This document shows positions 1 to 14,123 of a stretch of DNA of 64,000 bases, one piece after another. Each line of letters starts with the position of its first letter. The first letter of the stretch is position 1. Under the pieces are notes generated by a model. The model was given only the letters and a program-made list of their open reading frames with translations, made no database searches and was not told the DNA's origin. This DNA comes from Flaccisagitta enflata (lineage: Eukaryota): positions 49,786,001 through 49,850,000 of the forward strand of contig OZ231126.1 of NCBI GenBank assembly GCA_965153355.1. Reading direction: 5' to 3'. Both the position numbers and the translations under genes were made by a program.

Positions 1-304
1 CTTCCTGAGTCAGATAGACGGACGTCCGGGTCGGGTGGTGCGTTGGTCGACCGTTCACGTAGGCGTAGCGTCGCCTTGATCTACCTCCTGCAGGGAATCG
101 AAATTGAAAACATGCGCCAGCAGGCACAAATTCCGTCCTGAGAAATTTGATAAGAAAAAAATCCATCGCCAACATTTTTTTTTCATCAAAAAAATGAAAT
201 TGAAAATCCCACGGATTGTGAGGAAGTGAAAAAATATAATCGACTCGCCGCGCACCAACTCTGTATGAACCGTCTGTGTGCTCCGGTGGCAATTTGACGA
301 AATT
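1..304 (-). CDS. Two candidate exons (304-256, 137-1) of a gene leaving the window
   Basis: TCAG acceptors and a GTGCGC donor; one joined frame is open: FRQIATGAHRRFIQSWTEFVPAGACFQFRFP... Confidence 0.35.
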
Positions 305-614
305 CTGAGATAAATCATGTATTATATGGCGTGAAGTTGATGAAACCTGCGATCAAAACTGTAATGCTCTCCTGCACTTTGGTATGGTTTTGTCACATTT
401 TCCGTAGTGAATAGCTGTTTCTCTCTCGCTCTTTTTCTCCGACGTTTATCAACAAGGTCGGATACACGGCTGCCTCAGTCGAGTGTTGGTGGGCAAGGGT
501 AGTATTTTAGTTACTAGAGCATTTAGGCAGAGGCAGTGAGGCCAAAGACCGCAAATACATAAAAAAGTATCAAGGGGACCGACCGCGACCGACGGAAGGA
601 TAAACGCACGGATA

Positions 615-1921
615 CAGTATGATCCATCTCGTTTGCAACATTTCATAAGGACATACAGTAGATCTCATCAAGACTTGAGATAACGGGGGCAAGCATTGTG
701 GAAAGACGAATGAAGGCAGGGGAGCGATATTTGGATCATAGACTAATCAAAGAATGCTTAATTCCCCATGATAGCTGGTTGCCATGGAAATACATTTCCA
801 TGTAATCTCGCTAAAATATTAATATTTTGAGAGATTTTATTAGGGAACATTGCTCAAAATTAAATTTGCAACAACTTTCCCAGAGTATGTTTGGCTGTTG
901 CTAGGGAGCGTATCCATGTGTGACACTCCCTAGCAACCGCTAAACGAGCGACATTCTTACAGAACATACTGTGGGAAAGTTTTAGCAAATTCAATTTTAA
1001 AAAATGTTCCCACAAAAAATTTCTCAAAATATTGATATTTTAGTGAAAATACATAAAAATGCATTTCCATGGCAACCAGCTATCATGGGCAATAAAGCAT
1101 CCCTTTATCAGTCTATGTTTCAAATATCAATCCTCTGGCTTCATTTGTTTTTCTACAATGCTTGCCCCTGTTATCTCAAGTCTAGACGAGATCTACTGTA
1201 ACTCAAAAAGTAATAGAGATAATCTAAATCTGAAAAAAGTTCAAGAAAGACAAAGTTAATGCATTTTATAACATGTGACTCCCAGGATTTTTTCACAAAA
1301 ATTTGGTCCTTGGAACAACTACGGAAGTAGATGTCATCATATTCAAATTGTTTCTTTACAAAAACTTGTCATTTAGACTGTTTCCCTTTAAATTGCTCTC
1401 ATTTCTAAGCAAATTGAGCTACAGATACCAGATTGGTCTTAAATGGAAGGTATTTTGAAGCAGTTTTTGGGACAGCTTGAGTTGAAATGCTTATTTGATG
1501 CTTCAGATCGATTCGTGAACCGTGAATCAACTCTTGATCAAAATCTTTTGTTAAGACACCCTTTATTATCATTCCTGATGGATATGCCATTGACAAAAAA
1601 TTTCCCCGTTTGTATTTCTTAAAACTAATGTAAATTAGCTTTAATTTGAGACCAATCAGAAATTTATAGCTCAATCCGTGTAGAAATAGGAGCAATTTAA
1701 GAAGAAACTGTTCCGTCAAAAACCTAGAATAATGGTGTTTTTTGCTGATTTTGAACAACATTTTGTCATTTGTCAAAAAGTATAGATTTTTTGTAAAAAT
1801 GTCGTAGGAGTTACATATCATAAAATCCATCACCATCATCTTTCAGGAACTTTTTTCAGATTTAGATTATTTCTATTACTTTTGTCTTCATGAAATGTTG
1901 CAAACGAGATGAATCATACTG
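615..1921. mobile_element. Tc1/mariner-type MITE (outer)
   Basis: TA-CAGTATGATCCATCTCGTTTGCAACATTTCAT ... ATGAAATGTTGCAAACGAGATGAATCATACTG-TA. Confidence 0.88.
656..1198. mobile_element. Palindromic Tc1/mariner-type MITE nested in the left TIR of 615-1921
   Basis: TA-CAGTAGATCTC...GAGATCTACTG-TA; the outer TIR resumes at ~1206. Confidence 0.88.
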
Positions 1922-3376
1922 TATAAAAATAAATAATACCTGATCGAGATGAGGATAGAGCATTGCGAGTTCTGTAAGTGAGCGGCGATGTAATCTGAGC
2001 TTGGGAGGCAACGATACAATAAAGCCTCAGAGGTTGAAACATTTAGACTCACAACGCGATGCCATGAGCGCTGTATAAGAAAAATGAATCGAGTACATCA
2101 ATAAGATGAATTTCTGTCAACATTACCAGAGCCGTCGGCTGAATGCTGTCAGTAAGAGCACAAGATATCAGATAACGTACTAAACGATTTCCATATCAGC
2201 TTTGCTAATTACCATTCAATAATGGTGGTTTTCCTTTTTTATGAAATGTACCGTTACAAGTTTCCTGTATAGCGTTCTAATTCAATGACTAGCTTGTGAC
2301 ATTTCTCATTTTCTACTTGAAATCTGTCAGGCCCTAAACCAAGCCTTACAGGCCATGAATGGCGCCTTTTCAGTCCGAAATTCAAGTTTGTAAGGCCCAC
2401 CAAGCACCACATCAAGAATCAAACCCATATTTTGCCACGTTTGAAGCCTTTCTGAACACACCATGACAAAAGTGTCCTGTGTGGAATCATAAGTAGTCGG
2501 CCTTTCCGAGGCTGTTGCCCCATCAACCTTATTCTTGCTAATTAATGAGAAGAAACAACGGGAAAACGGGAAAAGCTCAACATATGACGCTGTTGGCTTT
2601 GCCATTCTATGGTTGCCTTTTGTCATTTTTTTTTGCCAATACATGTTTGCCGTTTGGATTTTTAGTCGCGTGCACGCGACTCTACACCCCGCTTTGTCCG
2701 TCCGTCCGTCCGTCCGTCCGTCCGTCCGTCCGTCTGTTGGTCACACTTTTACTTTTTTTTTATCAATTTTATTTCTTTAAGTCAGTCACGGCAGCCATAT
2801 TCATATGTCTTTTACGAAATGGGATCAAATTTACGTTTTTACCACCGATGTCAACTTAGTCGATGATTCTTTGCTCAATTTCTAGCACGAGCAGTCTTGA
2901 AAGATGAAAACGTCATTCAAGTAGTGCGGAATAGACCGATAGTATCAAGGAAATAGATACAGTTAGTGCACAGAGATCTTCCAACAATGCGCTTACTCGT
3001 TCATCATTCACTATCATATCCATTCATTGGTTCACTCTTTCATTCATCTCACAACTAGTTCATTCAATCATCCTTAATTTCTAGCTCTTTGATCGATTGG
3101 TTTCATCGTTCTCTTCGATATCGCCCTCGTCATTTTAATCGTTGTCGTCGTTGTCGTCGTTGTGTCGTTGTCGTTGTGTCGTTGTCGTTGTGTCGTTGTC
3201 GGTGTGTCGTTGTCGGTGTGACGTCGTCGGTGTGACGTCGTTGTCGGTGTGATGTCGTCGTCGTCGTCGTCGTTGTGTCGTCGTCGTCGTCGTCGTTGTG
3301 TCGTCGTCGTCGTCGTCGTCGTCGTTGTGTCGTCGTTGTCGTCGTCGTTGTGTCGTCGTTGTCGTTGTCGTTGTCG

Positions 3377-3467
<91 letters not shown>

Positions 3468-5138
3468 CGTCAGTTACGTTCAACCTCAACAGACTTTCAT
3501 TGCAGAACAAGCATCTGAAACAAAAAAGGGAAATTCTGAAAAAAAAGTAAGAAAGAAATCAAAATCTGTTCAAATTTTTTAATCTATTTTTATTTACTGT
3601 ACAAGGCAATCGTAGAGATCGGTTTAAACAACGTATACCATGTAAGAAGACATTTTTTTTATTCTACTTCGTCAATATGCCTGCCGTGCAGTTGAAGTCA
3701 TTTAAGAGTATATTGAGTCATTCTAAGTCATTCTAAGTCAATCTGTAAGTCTCGCACGCGACTTATAGTTGTTGGCCTTGTTTGTTTTGCTGTTTGCTAT
3801 TTTTGTATTCCTTTCGAATTTCTTATTTGTTTCCTTTCCAGTTCTTTGTTGCACCTGCATAAGAGAAAATACAAAAAACAACGTTTGCTTTTGAATCCCC
3901 TAATGTCAACATTGGCATGAATCAAAGCGCATCAAGGCACATTGTGCCTTCTCAGTAAAAGAGAAATGGTAAACCAAAAAGAGTGGGGGTTCAGTGGTTT
4001 AGGGGTACAGTGGGACCCCGCTTCCTCAATAGCGCCTTTAACGGTGATCCGTCTTTTCTCTACAATATGCTGCCTTTCTGTCAGCCTGTCAGCCTGACAT
4101 TCTATCGTTCTACCTATCTGTCAGTCAGTCCGTATGTCTTTCTATTGTCCGCCAACTACCTTTTCTTGATAGTTGTTCCGCGCAATAATGGCTAAATTTG
4201 AGGGGTCCCCATGGCCTGGGGCCGTTTATAGGGCAGGTCTGTATTCTATTTTCACTGGAGGCGTCATATGAAAATGTAGGCGATCAAGGAGCTTATCTGA
4301 ATAAGTTGCCTTACCCCAATGTGATTCATGGTTCTCCTTTTCCCTTGATTATTAGTATGAGCAATAATGGCATTTTCCCGCTCTTTTTAAAAACATCCGT
4401 TTGTGGATTGCCGTGAAACTCAACAGGGATAGTTTATGCAGCACAGCGGAACATCACAATTAGTGAGAAGAAGGGATGTACTAATTAGTTTGAAAGTGTG
4501 CGATGGTTTACCCACCTCCTCGCCATTTATAACCATGGTCGGCTGACGCAATTTCCATATTTGACTCGTTCCAGTATCACATAAATCTCTTTATATGAAC
4601 GGCTAAAACACTGCGATCCTTTGCTATTGTCTGTCAACTGCCTACCGCCTTTGAGTGACTACTATCCTCGTCTACATGATGACGATTTTTACCTGAAAAA
4701 TTATGATTTCAAGATGATTAACTGCACTCATCAAACTGACAGGACGACTAAAAACTATGGATGTGGATAAGTGTCAAGCATGAAATTTTAGTTTTACACG
4801 AAGATGATGGCTGCATTAATTTACAGTTCCATAGGGAAGTACCATCAACAGTACCATGTTCATTTTTTAAATCTAAACGGAAATTTAAGCCCTGTGGTCC
4901 GTATAGCGCAAGGAGAAAAAAAGGCCGGTTACACGGCCAGACAAGTATCTAGCAGGTGGGAACTGGGAACGGACTATGATGAATTTTGCTTGTCAAGCAT
5001 TTTGGCAGAGGCAGTAATGCTAGAATTCACTGTAACCGCAATAAAAAAAAATTCTTATTGACTTACAAACGGCCGGACCGGACAGACCAAGATGCAGAAT
5101 GGTTGACGCATCATCTTTTCAACACGTTTTTGGCATTC

Positions 5139-5979
<841 letters not shown>

Positions 5980-6172
5980 CTGAGAGGGGAAAAACACAGA
6001 GAAACAAGGTCGATGAAACAAAGCCCCTACACCCCCCCCCCCAAAAAAAAAACTCCCCACAAAAAAAAACAAGAAAAAAAAACAAAACAAAAAAAAAAAC
6101 GAAACATGAAATAAGCATGGGCAATGAGACAAAGGAAAAAAAGAAAAAACATCCTATGTAGAGTGGTTGAGT

Positions 6173-6542
6173 TTTTAGTCGCGTGCTACGCGACTCTACA
6201 CCACGCTTTGTCGGTCAGTCGGTTGGTCGGTCAGTCGGTTGGTCGGTCAGTCGGTTGGTCGATCCCCCTTTTAATTTTTCAGCGTTTTCAAGCTTTTTTA
6301 GCGCACAGCTCCTTCCCAAATGCCATTGTAAGTTATTATAAGTCATTCTGACACATTCTAAGTCATTTTTAGTCATTTTAAGTTATATTAAGTTATATTA
6401 TGTCACTTAAGTCAATCAGGTCAATTTATTCAATTTAGTCTTTTTAAGTCATTTCGGGTCGCCTTGAGTCATTTAAAGTCAATTTAAGTCTATGTTAAGT
6501 TATCTATGTCCCGCACGCGACTTATAGGTGCTGGCCTTGTTT
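6173..6542 (+). mobile_element. HINE-like copy with short AAGTCATTTT-type internal repeats
   Basis: Same termini as 8164-8362; variant 3' end CGCACGCGACTTATAGGTGCTGGCCTTGTT. Confidence 0.75.
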
Positions 6543-7102
6543 GTTTGAAACTCCCAATTTTCAAGGTCGAATTGATAACAATGTCCGTATTCTTAGACTT
6601 TGCAATGTGCGGGCAAAACAAACTTTTTTTTGGCAATAAGATACAATTTGCAATGTCAAGCGTAAAGTTAGAATGATTGTCAAACTTTGAACAAAGACAC
6701 TTTTTCATATCATAAAAGACGGATGAACTGATGGGTGGACCGACGGACGTACCAACTTAAATCTAGAAAGGTTTTCCTTAGGACTATAGATTTTCTCATT
6801 TACGTAGATTAAAAAAAAGAGACTCGTGAAGGCGCCAACGATTTGATTGCAATAAATCAAAACAAGAGAACAAAGAGAAATCGCCGGCTCAACTGCTAAG
6901 GACAACATTTGTTCTCTCATTTTATTGGTACATCTCTTTTTTCCTCTCTCTCGCTCTTAATCTCATTGGATGTCCGTCTCTTTGTCTTGTTTCAACATTT
7001 TAATCTCTGTCAGTGAATCATTTTCATTTACTACGCTCCTTTGCCTCTCATTTGTCAGTCTGCCTGTATATCTGTCAGTTTGTTATTCTGTCTGTTTGTT
7101 GC

Positions 7103-7197
<95 letters not shown>

Positions 7198-7278
7198 TGT
7201 CTGTCTGTTTGTCCTCCTCTCTGTCGATTTGCCTGTCTCTTCGACACATCTGTCTGTCTCACTGTCTGTCCCTCCTTT

Positions 7279-7346
<68 letters not shown>

Positions 7347-7571
7347 ATATTTAATCAGGTTTCTGTTGTGCGTTAATTCCATTCTCATCTTATTTTCGTT
7401 TTATTCTCATTTCTCATCAATTTCTCATTCAGATTTTACTGTGGTCGTTCTCATCCGTTATGAACTAATTGTTGCATGTATAATTGTACAATGCTTAATG
7501 TCGATCACGTATTAAATGGATATTGGTGGTTTTCCAGGTTAAATGTTGTCTATCGGCCTACCTGTCTCTTG

Positions 7572-8090
7572 GACTGCTCTCTCTGACAGAAGATTTGTGA
7601 CAGGAATGATATCACTCCGGGTTTTTCCGCATTTTTGTGTAGGCCATAGGGATACAGTTCAGGAACTATCCAGTGGAAAATCATCTCTAGAGGCTAGAGC
7701 GTATTTTGAAAAGAGTAAAAAATTCATAATTTTTCGCTTCATTTTGCACAGAGAATTTTCTAATTTGGTCTGACTCATTTTTAACAGCATATTTCAGGCC
7801 ACCGTGGCTTAAAAAATGAAAATGTTATTTCTTTTTAAAACCATAAAGTGCAACCTAACAAATGAAAGGATTGACAATAAGCTGTCAAAAAATTAGTCGG
7901 ACCAACCTGCAAAGTTATTCATGTACAATAAAGCTAAAAATTATGAATTTTTGACTTTTTTTCAAAATGCGCTCTGGGGATGATCTTTTACTGGATAGTT
8001 CTTGATTTGTATGCCTATGACCTACACAAAAATGCAGAAAAACCCGGAATGATATCATTCTTGTCACAAATCTTCTGTCAGAAAGCAGTG
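7572..8090. mobile_element. MITE with ~190-bp TIRs, superfamily unassigned
   Basis: ACTGCTCTCTCTGACAGAAGATTTGTGACAGG... matches the reverse complement of ...TTGTCACAAATCTTCTGTCAGAAAGCAGTG; no clear TSD. Confidence 0.85.
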
Positions 8091-8155
<65 letters not shown>

Positions 8156-8163
8156 ATGACACT

Positions 8164-8362
8164 TTTTAGTCGCGTGCACGCGACTCTACAACCCGCTTTG
8201 TCCGTCGGTCGGTCGGTTGGTCGGTTGGTCCGTCACACTTTACTTTTTTTTAGGATTTTATTTCTTGGACCTCACTGCTCCTGCCCATGTTGTCTAGTGA
8301 CCTCAAATATAGCCCCTGCCCACCCGCACGCGACTTCGGTAGCCGTGTATCCGGCCTTGTTT
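8164..8362 (+). mobile_element. DINE-1/HINE-like non-autonomous Helentron (representative complete copy)
   Basis: TTTTT-AGTCGCGTGCACGCGACT 5' subTIR hairpin, (GTCG/GTCC)n core, 3' subTIR GCACGCGACT, 3' hairpin GCCGTGTATCCGGC then CTTGTT; sits in T runs with no TSD. Confidence 0.8.
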
Positions 8363-9193
8363 TTTCTTCAACCCGCAGTCTATTTCTTCTCTCAAAATCA
8401 AACTCTCAGTCTCAATATCGTTTCCAGGCACTTTCTTTTTTTGCGCTTAACATTCTATTATAACTCAATTTCGAAATTCTATTCTCGATTTCTCTTAAAG
8501 AATTAAGATAAAAGTGTAAAAAACGACTTCAACAACGTAAGAAAAATGCTGGAAATAATGGAAACAAATTAGATTTGGTTCGCAGTATGAACCATTTTCA
8601 ATCTAATACAGAAAACCAAAACGAGCACAAATTATAGAATAGACTGCCCAGGGGCCGAAGATGGGCAACAGTACCCATACTCTGTTTGTTTGTGAGGCTG
8701 GTTAATACAGATGATATTATGGGCACGATTCGCGGTCTCGCAGGCGGAGCATGAATAAAATAAGCCATTTTCAAAATCAAATAAATATAACATATCTATA
8801 CATCATTGTGAAGGTAATACTTTACTTTATATGAATTCACCTCTGGAATTCGTTAGCAGGGTCAAATCTTCATGCAAATTAGGTTATAATGACAACATAT
8901 AAAATTTCCCATAATTTCAAAATTTGACCATTTGATGAAGTAAGATCGACCAGTAAGAGTCTATATTGGTGCAAAGACATAGGGGCAGATGTGTTTACAC
9001 TATATTGATCATTGGGCAGGAGTAGTTTTGAATGAAATTCATTACGCTTACCATTCCACCAGTCTTTGACAGCATACGATTACGACTACGAGTATACAAT
9101 GAATACAACCTATGTAGGAGAAAAGCTTGTTATTTCCTTCTTTCCTTCTTCCTTTCTTTCTATCTTTCTTTCTTTTTTTCTTTTTTTCTTTTT

Positions 9194-9268
<75 letters not shown>

Positions 9269-9844
9269 AATACTCTAGCTTTCTAAGTGACAAATTTGGC
9301 TAGATGTTGCCTGCTGATTGGTAAAATATGATTTTAAAAACCACAATAGTTGCATTCTTTCATTGCATCTTCTTCTTCTTGTTGTTCCTTTTCTTCTTGT
9401 TCCTTTTCTTCTTCTTCTTCTTCTTCTTCTTCTTCTTCTTCTTCTTCTTCTTCTTCTTCTTCTTCTTCTTCTTCTTCTTCTTTTTTTTCTTCTTCTACAA
9501 CTAACGTGAATCTATTGTTGCCGCGTTGATTTCAATCCAAATAGCCTGATTCCCTTTTCTACTCAGCCTCTCTTCTTCATCATTTTCATTCTCATCTTCA
9601 CTTTCTTCACTTTCTTCTCATTTGTCTTCTTTTTCCTCTTCTTCTTCTTCTTCTTCTTCTTCTTCTTCTTCTTCTTCTTCTTCTTCTTCTTCTTCTTCTT
9701 CTTCTTCTTCTTCTTCTTCTTCCTCCTCTTCTTCTTCTTCTTCTTCTTCTTATTTTTTTACAACTTTTTCTTCTATAAATTCTTCTTCTTCTTCTCTTTT
9801 ATCACCTTTATGTCCTCCAACTTCTTCCCTTTCTTCCTTCACAC

Positions 9845-10340
9845 GTATTGGGGATTTTCTCCTCCTTCTCCGTCCATCCCCCAGTCTCGAGGCCCAAATC
9901 CCAGTCCCGAGACCTGAATCCCAGTCTCGTGGCCCTAATCCTATCCAAAAGGCCCAAATTCTAGCCCCAATCTCATCCTTTAAGCTCAAATCCCAGCCGT
10001 GAGGCCCAAATCTAAGCCTCGAGGCTCATATCCCAGCCTCACAGATGAGATTTGGGTCTCAAAGCTGGGATTTAGGCCTCCAGGCTAAGATTTGGGCCTT
10101 GAGGCTAGGATTTGGTCCTTTTGGATAGGATTTGGGCCACGAGACTGGGATTTGGGTCTTGGGACTGGGATTTGGGCCTCAAGACGGGGGGGGCGGGCGG
10201 ACGGAGGAGGAGGAGAAATACCGCCATATGTGTGAAAGCATAGGTCATCGACCCCTTCGGGGCCGCTGCCCTGCTTCCCCTTCAACTTCCAGCACAACCT
10301 ACTTGGGCAGGGCACAGGTACCACTGACCATCTAATGCTT
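9845..10340 (+). mobile_element. Minisatellite-bearing interspersed element with opposed 20/21-bp repeats
   Basis: AAATCCCAGCCTCGAGGCCC-type repeats flip at ~10045; end motif CATAGGTCATCGACCCCTTCGGGGCCGCTGCCC is shared with 23880-23913. Confidence 0.7.
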
Positions 10341-11041
10341 TTGCGACTATTCTTCTTTTTCTTTTTTTTTTCTTTTTTTTTTTCTCCTTTTTTTTCCAGA
10401 TACACGGCTACCAGATTTTAGGTGACCATGTTGTAGTTTGAACAATTCAGTTTCACAAAACTTGATATATTAAAAGGAATCTCAGCGTTATGATTGCGTT
10501 ATGGGGTGTGAACAAAATTTGTATCGCATCTTTGTAAATGCATATCACTGAACTGATCATCGAGATAAAGTGAATTTGGCATGTAAACCGCCATATGTCT
10601 TCATCAAACGGACTAAAGAGGAACAAGGCCGGATACACGGCTAACACCACGGGTGGGCAGGGGCGAAAATGCGAGTTTTCATACTTCTTGACTTCTTGAA
10701 AAGTGCTATTTTCATGACTCAAAAAAAAAATTTAAAAAAACGTAAAAAATCCTCTGATACTTCAACATGATTTTTTTCTCGTGTCAACCAAAATCTAGAC
10801 AAATAAAAATATCCATGTTTTCCAAAATAATCCTTCATTCTTGTTACGCTTTACTTCCATCAAAGTTAGAGCGACTTTTAAGCGACAGACCAAAATGAAC
10901 TAATTGAGGCCTTTTTTGGGCCACATTGACCTAAGATATGTCGCCCAAGAGATTGAAAAGTGTGCCCAGAGTCGTTTGTCATGTCCGGTGCGCCATGTGA
11001 TGAATGAGGCTGTCAAATATTTTGTCATATCATAGGATTTA

Positions 11042-11287
11042 GGGCGCTTTTCTAGTCACAGAAAATCGCGTTTCAAACAGGCCACTTGGTCGCTTGATAT
11101 GTTCATCTGCTTGCACCGCTCATTCCGCTACACTTGCTACGCTTGCTCGCTCCATTCACAAGCTCGCTCACTTTATTTAGGAGCTTGCTCACTCCGCTCA
11201 CTTCCTCGTTGGACACTGAAATTTATAGATATGTGTTCATGCTGAAAACGCATTCAACGCGTATTTCTAGAACGAGGAAACACGCCC
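11042..11287. mobile_element. PIF/Harbinger-like MITE
   Basis: TTA-GGGCG...CGCCC-TTA with imperfect ~35-bp TIRs and internal CTCGCT-type repeats. Confidence 0.55.
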
Positions 11288-13152
11288 TTACACGGCCTGC
11301 TGGATTCCAAATTGTATCTGTAATTGTAACGTGAAATATTGGATGACGCAAAATTGGCTGATATATTGATTTCTGAACGATACAGCCCCTGCCGAGCCAC
11401 ATTACAGCCCCGCTCACCCGCTTACTGCCCCTGCTCACCTGCATTGCGGCACCTGCCCATCCGCCAGCGACTACTTATTTGTTGTTAATGCGGCTTTGGT
11501 TATTTAAAACCGGAGTATGCAAGGGAGAAAAAACTGTCAAATACACCATTTTTACAGCAAATTCAAGGCATGCTCTAACAGCATGTTTTTGGCATCAGAT
11601 CATACATAATGTTAATGCAATAAGATGGAATTGTTACATGAATATGTCTGAAGCCTACCTACTTTGTTTTTCATAATCTTAGCGCGATTGTAGCAGAATC
11701 TGAGAAAAAACATCAAAAATACCTGCAATTTTGCTGTTTTTACAGCATTTTACAGCATATACTGATACTAATTTTCGACATCTTAAGATCAATTCTTTTC
11801 AAAATAGTGTCCCTAGACCAGTTTCACTAATTTTGAGTACTGATGAATCAATGCTGCAGTATATCAAAGAGAAATACGTAAAAAACAGTAAAAAATGCTA
11901 TTTTTACAGCATTTTTACAGCATTTTACAGCATTAATTCAAAATTCTATCGGGAAATTTTTGAGAATTTAGTATGAAGTGATAAATTAAGTATTCCCGAT
12001 GCTCATCCCATTGTTGTTTTTACCTCCTGTTCTTTTTTGAACGCCTAAAGCCTCCAACAATGCGTGACTATCAAAAAACTTGAGGCAGCTATAAGAAATG
12101 TGTTCACACCTAAAGACATGGAATCACAAAAATACTCATAAATCAAGAATGCCTAGACTGAGAGACTTGAAATTTTAGGGTTAGATGCAGAATTTGATGC
12201 TCTTTCAGACCATACCCAGTGCAAACCTCCCTAGTTTCTGATGATGGGTCTCAATACTAGGATTCACAGTGTGACATAAGTGTGACAGGGTGTGAACACA
12301 TTTCTTATAGCACATTGAAATTTTCATATTTCTACATTGAGACATGGCAAAGTTACGAAATTTGGCATGAACACTCTCATATGTCTTCACTAAACGGGCA
12401 AAAAAGAAAAAGTTGAAAAAATCAAGGAAAGATGAGGTTTTTTTATCAATAATTGGAATATTTCCAAAAAATCGTCAAAGATAGTACTTTTAAAAAAATC
12501 TAAAAAATGTAATTTTTCTATGGTGAACAAGATCCTGTCAACAGAAGATTTTAAGTCCTCAAAACCATAACCAGGACCAATGAAAATGTCCCATTTCTTC
12601 ATATCACATCATGTTTTTTCTCAAATTTTACAGTGATGATAGTCAGTGTGACCTAAATAGGACATATAGAAATTGGCCAAATCAGCCCTTTTTTGGGTCC
12701 TAGATCCTTGTGATATGTCGACACTGAAGAAAGTAGGTTGTTACCAGAGTGCTACCTGATGTCCCTGACCACCTAGGGACACTTTTCTCAAAAAAGAAAT
12801 TGAGGAAGGATACTTTATATGTCATCTTATAAGGGTATTTCCTTGGCCCGGCGAATCCCGAATCTTACCTATGGCAGTAGGCTTAGCTTAAAAAAAGAAA
12901 AATCTTAAAGGGTTTTTTTGATTTTGAGAGGGATGATTTCAGGTCTGAATTTTGAGTCACATAGGGCTACATAAGAGATAACTGTGGTAAGGGGGGGTGA
13001 GTCAGAAAGTTAGGCAACAAACAAGATATTCACTCAATTGGAGCCACTGCCCAAAAATAGCGCCTACTCCAGATTTTTTTCTTTTCTCTATATATTCTTT
13101 AGCTGTATATTGCTATATCTTATGGGTTTCCCTGTCTGTTTACACTTTTGTT

Positions 13153-13710
<558 letters not shown>

Positions 13711-13751
13711 ATGAATGTCGCCACTAGGGATGTGGAAGCGGCTAATCGCTT

Positions 13752-13885
13752 CCAATTTGGAGGATGGGATAGCTACTACACTCAGTATTCTTCACCCACT
13801 CAGTATAAGTGAATGGGTGGTGATTAGGAGGGGATAGTTGGGTGACGAATACTGTGTGTAGTGGCTATCCCATCCTGCAAAGTGG
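13752..13885. repeat. Short hairpin element (~45-bp stem)
   Basis: GGATGGGATAGCTACTACACTCAGTATTCTTCACCCA pairs with TGGGTGACGAATACTGTGTGTAGTGGCTATCCCATCC. Confidence 0.8.
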
Positions 13886-14123
13886 GCCTGTACTAGTATT
13901 AATGTTTAAGCTAAATAATGAAAGCGGAAGCGGCATGAAAATCGAGCGCTTCCATATTAGGACAGGGGTTCTGACTCAGATTTTGGCTGATCCTTCTTGT
14001 TAACGGCACTTTGGCTCAAAATCAATGTAGTATTAATGTTCTGCCTTCAAAAGTTACATTGGGTATCAGGAAATTGTGACCGCCACCCCCCCACCCCCTC
14101 TCAGAAGGTGGTAAATGTGATTT

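Noticed and set aside
1405..1839. 144-aa ORF as a transposase
   Set aside because: AT-rich, no DDE or HTH motif; internal to a non-autonomous element
10453..10722. 89-aa minus-strand ORF
   Set aside because: Overlaps a HINE end and a motif repeated at ~12360-12400; repeat-derived
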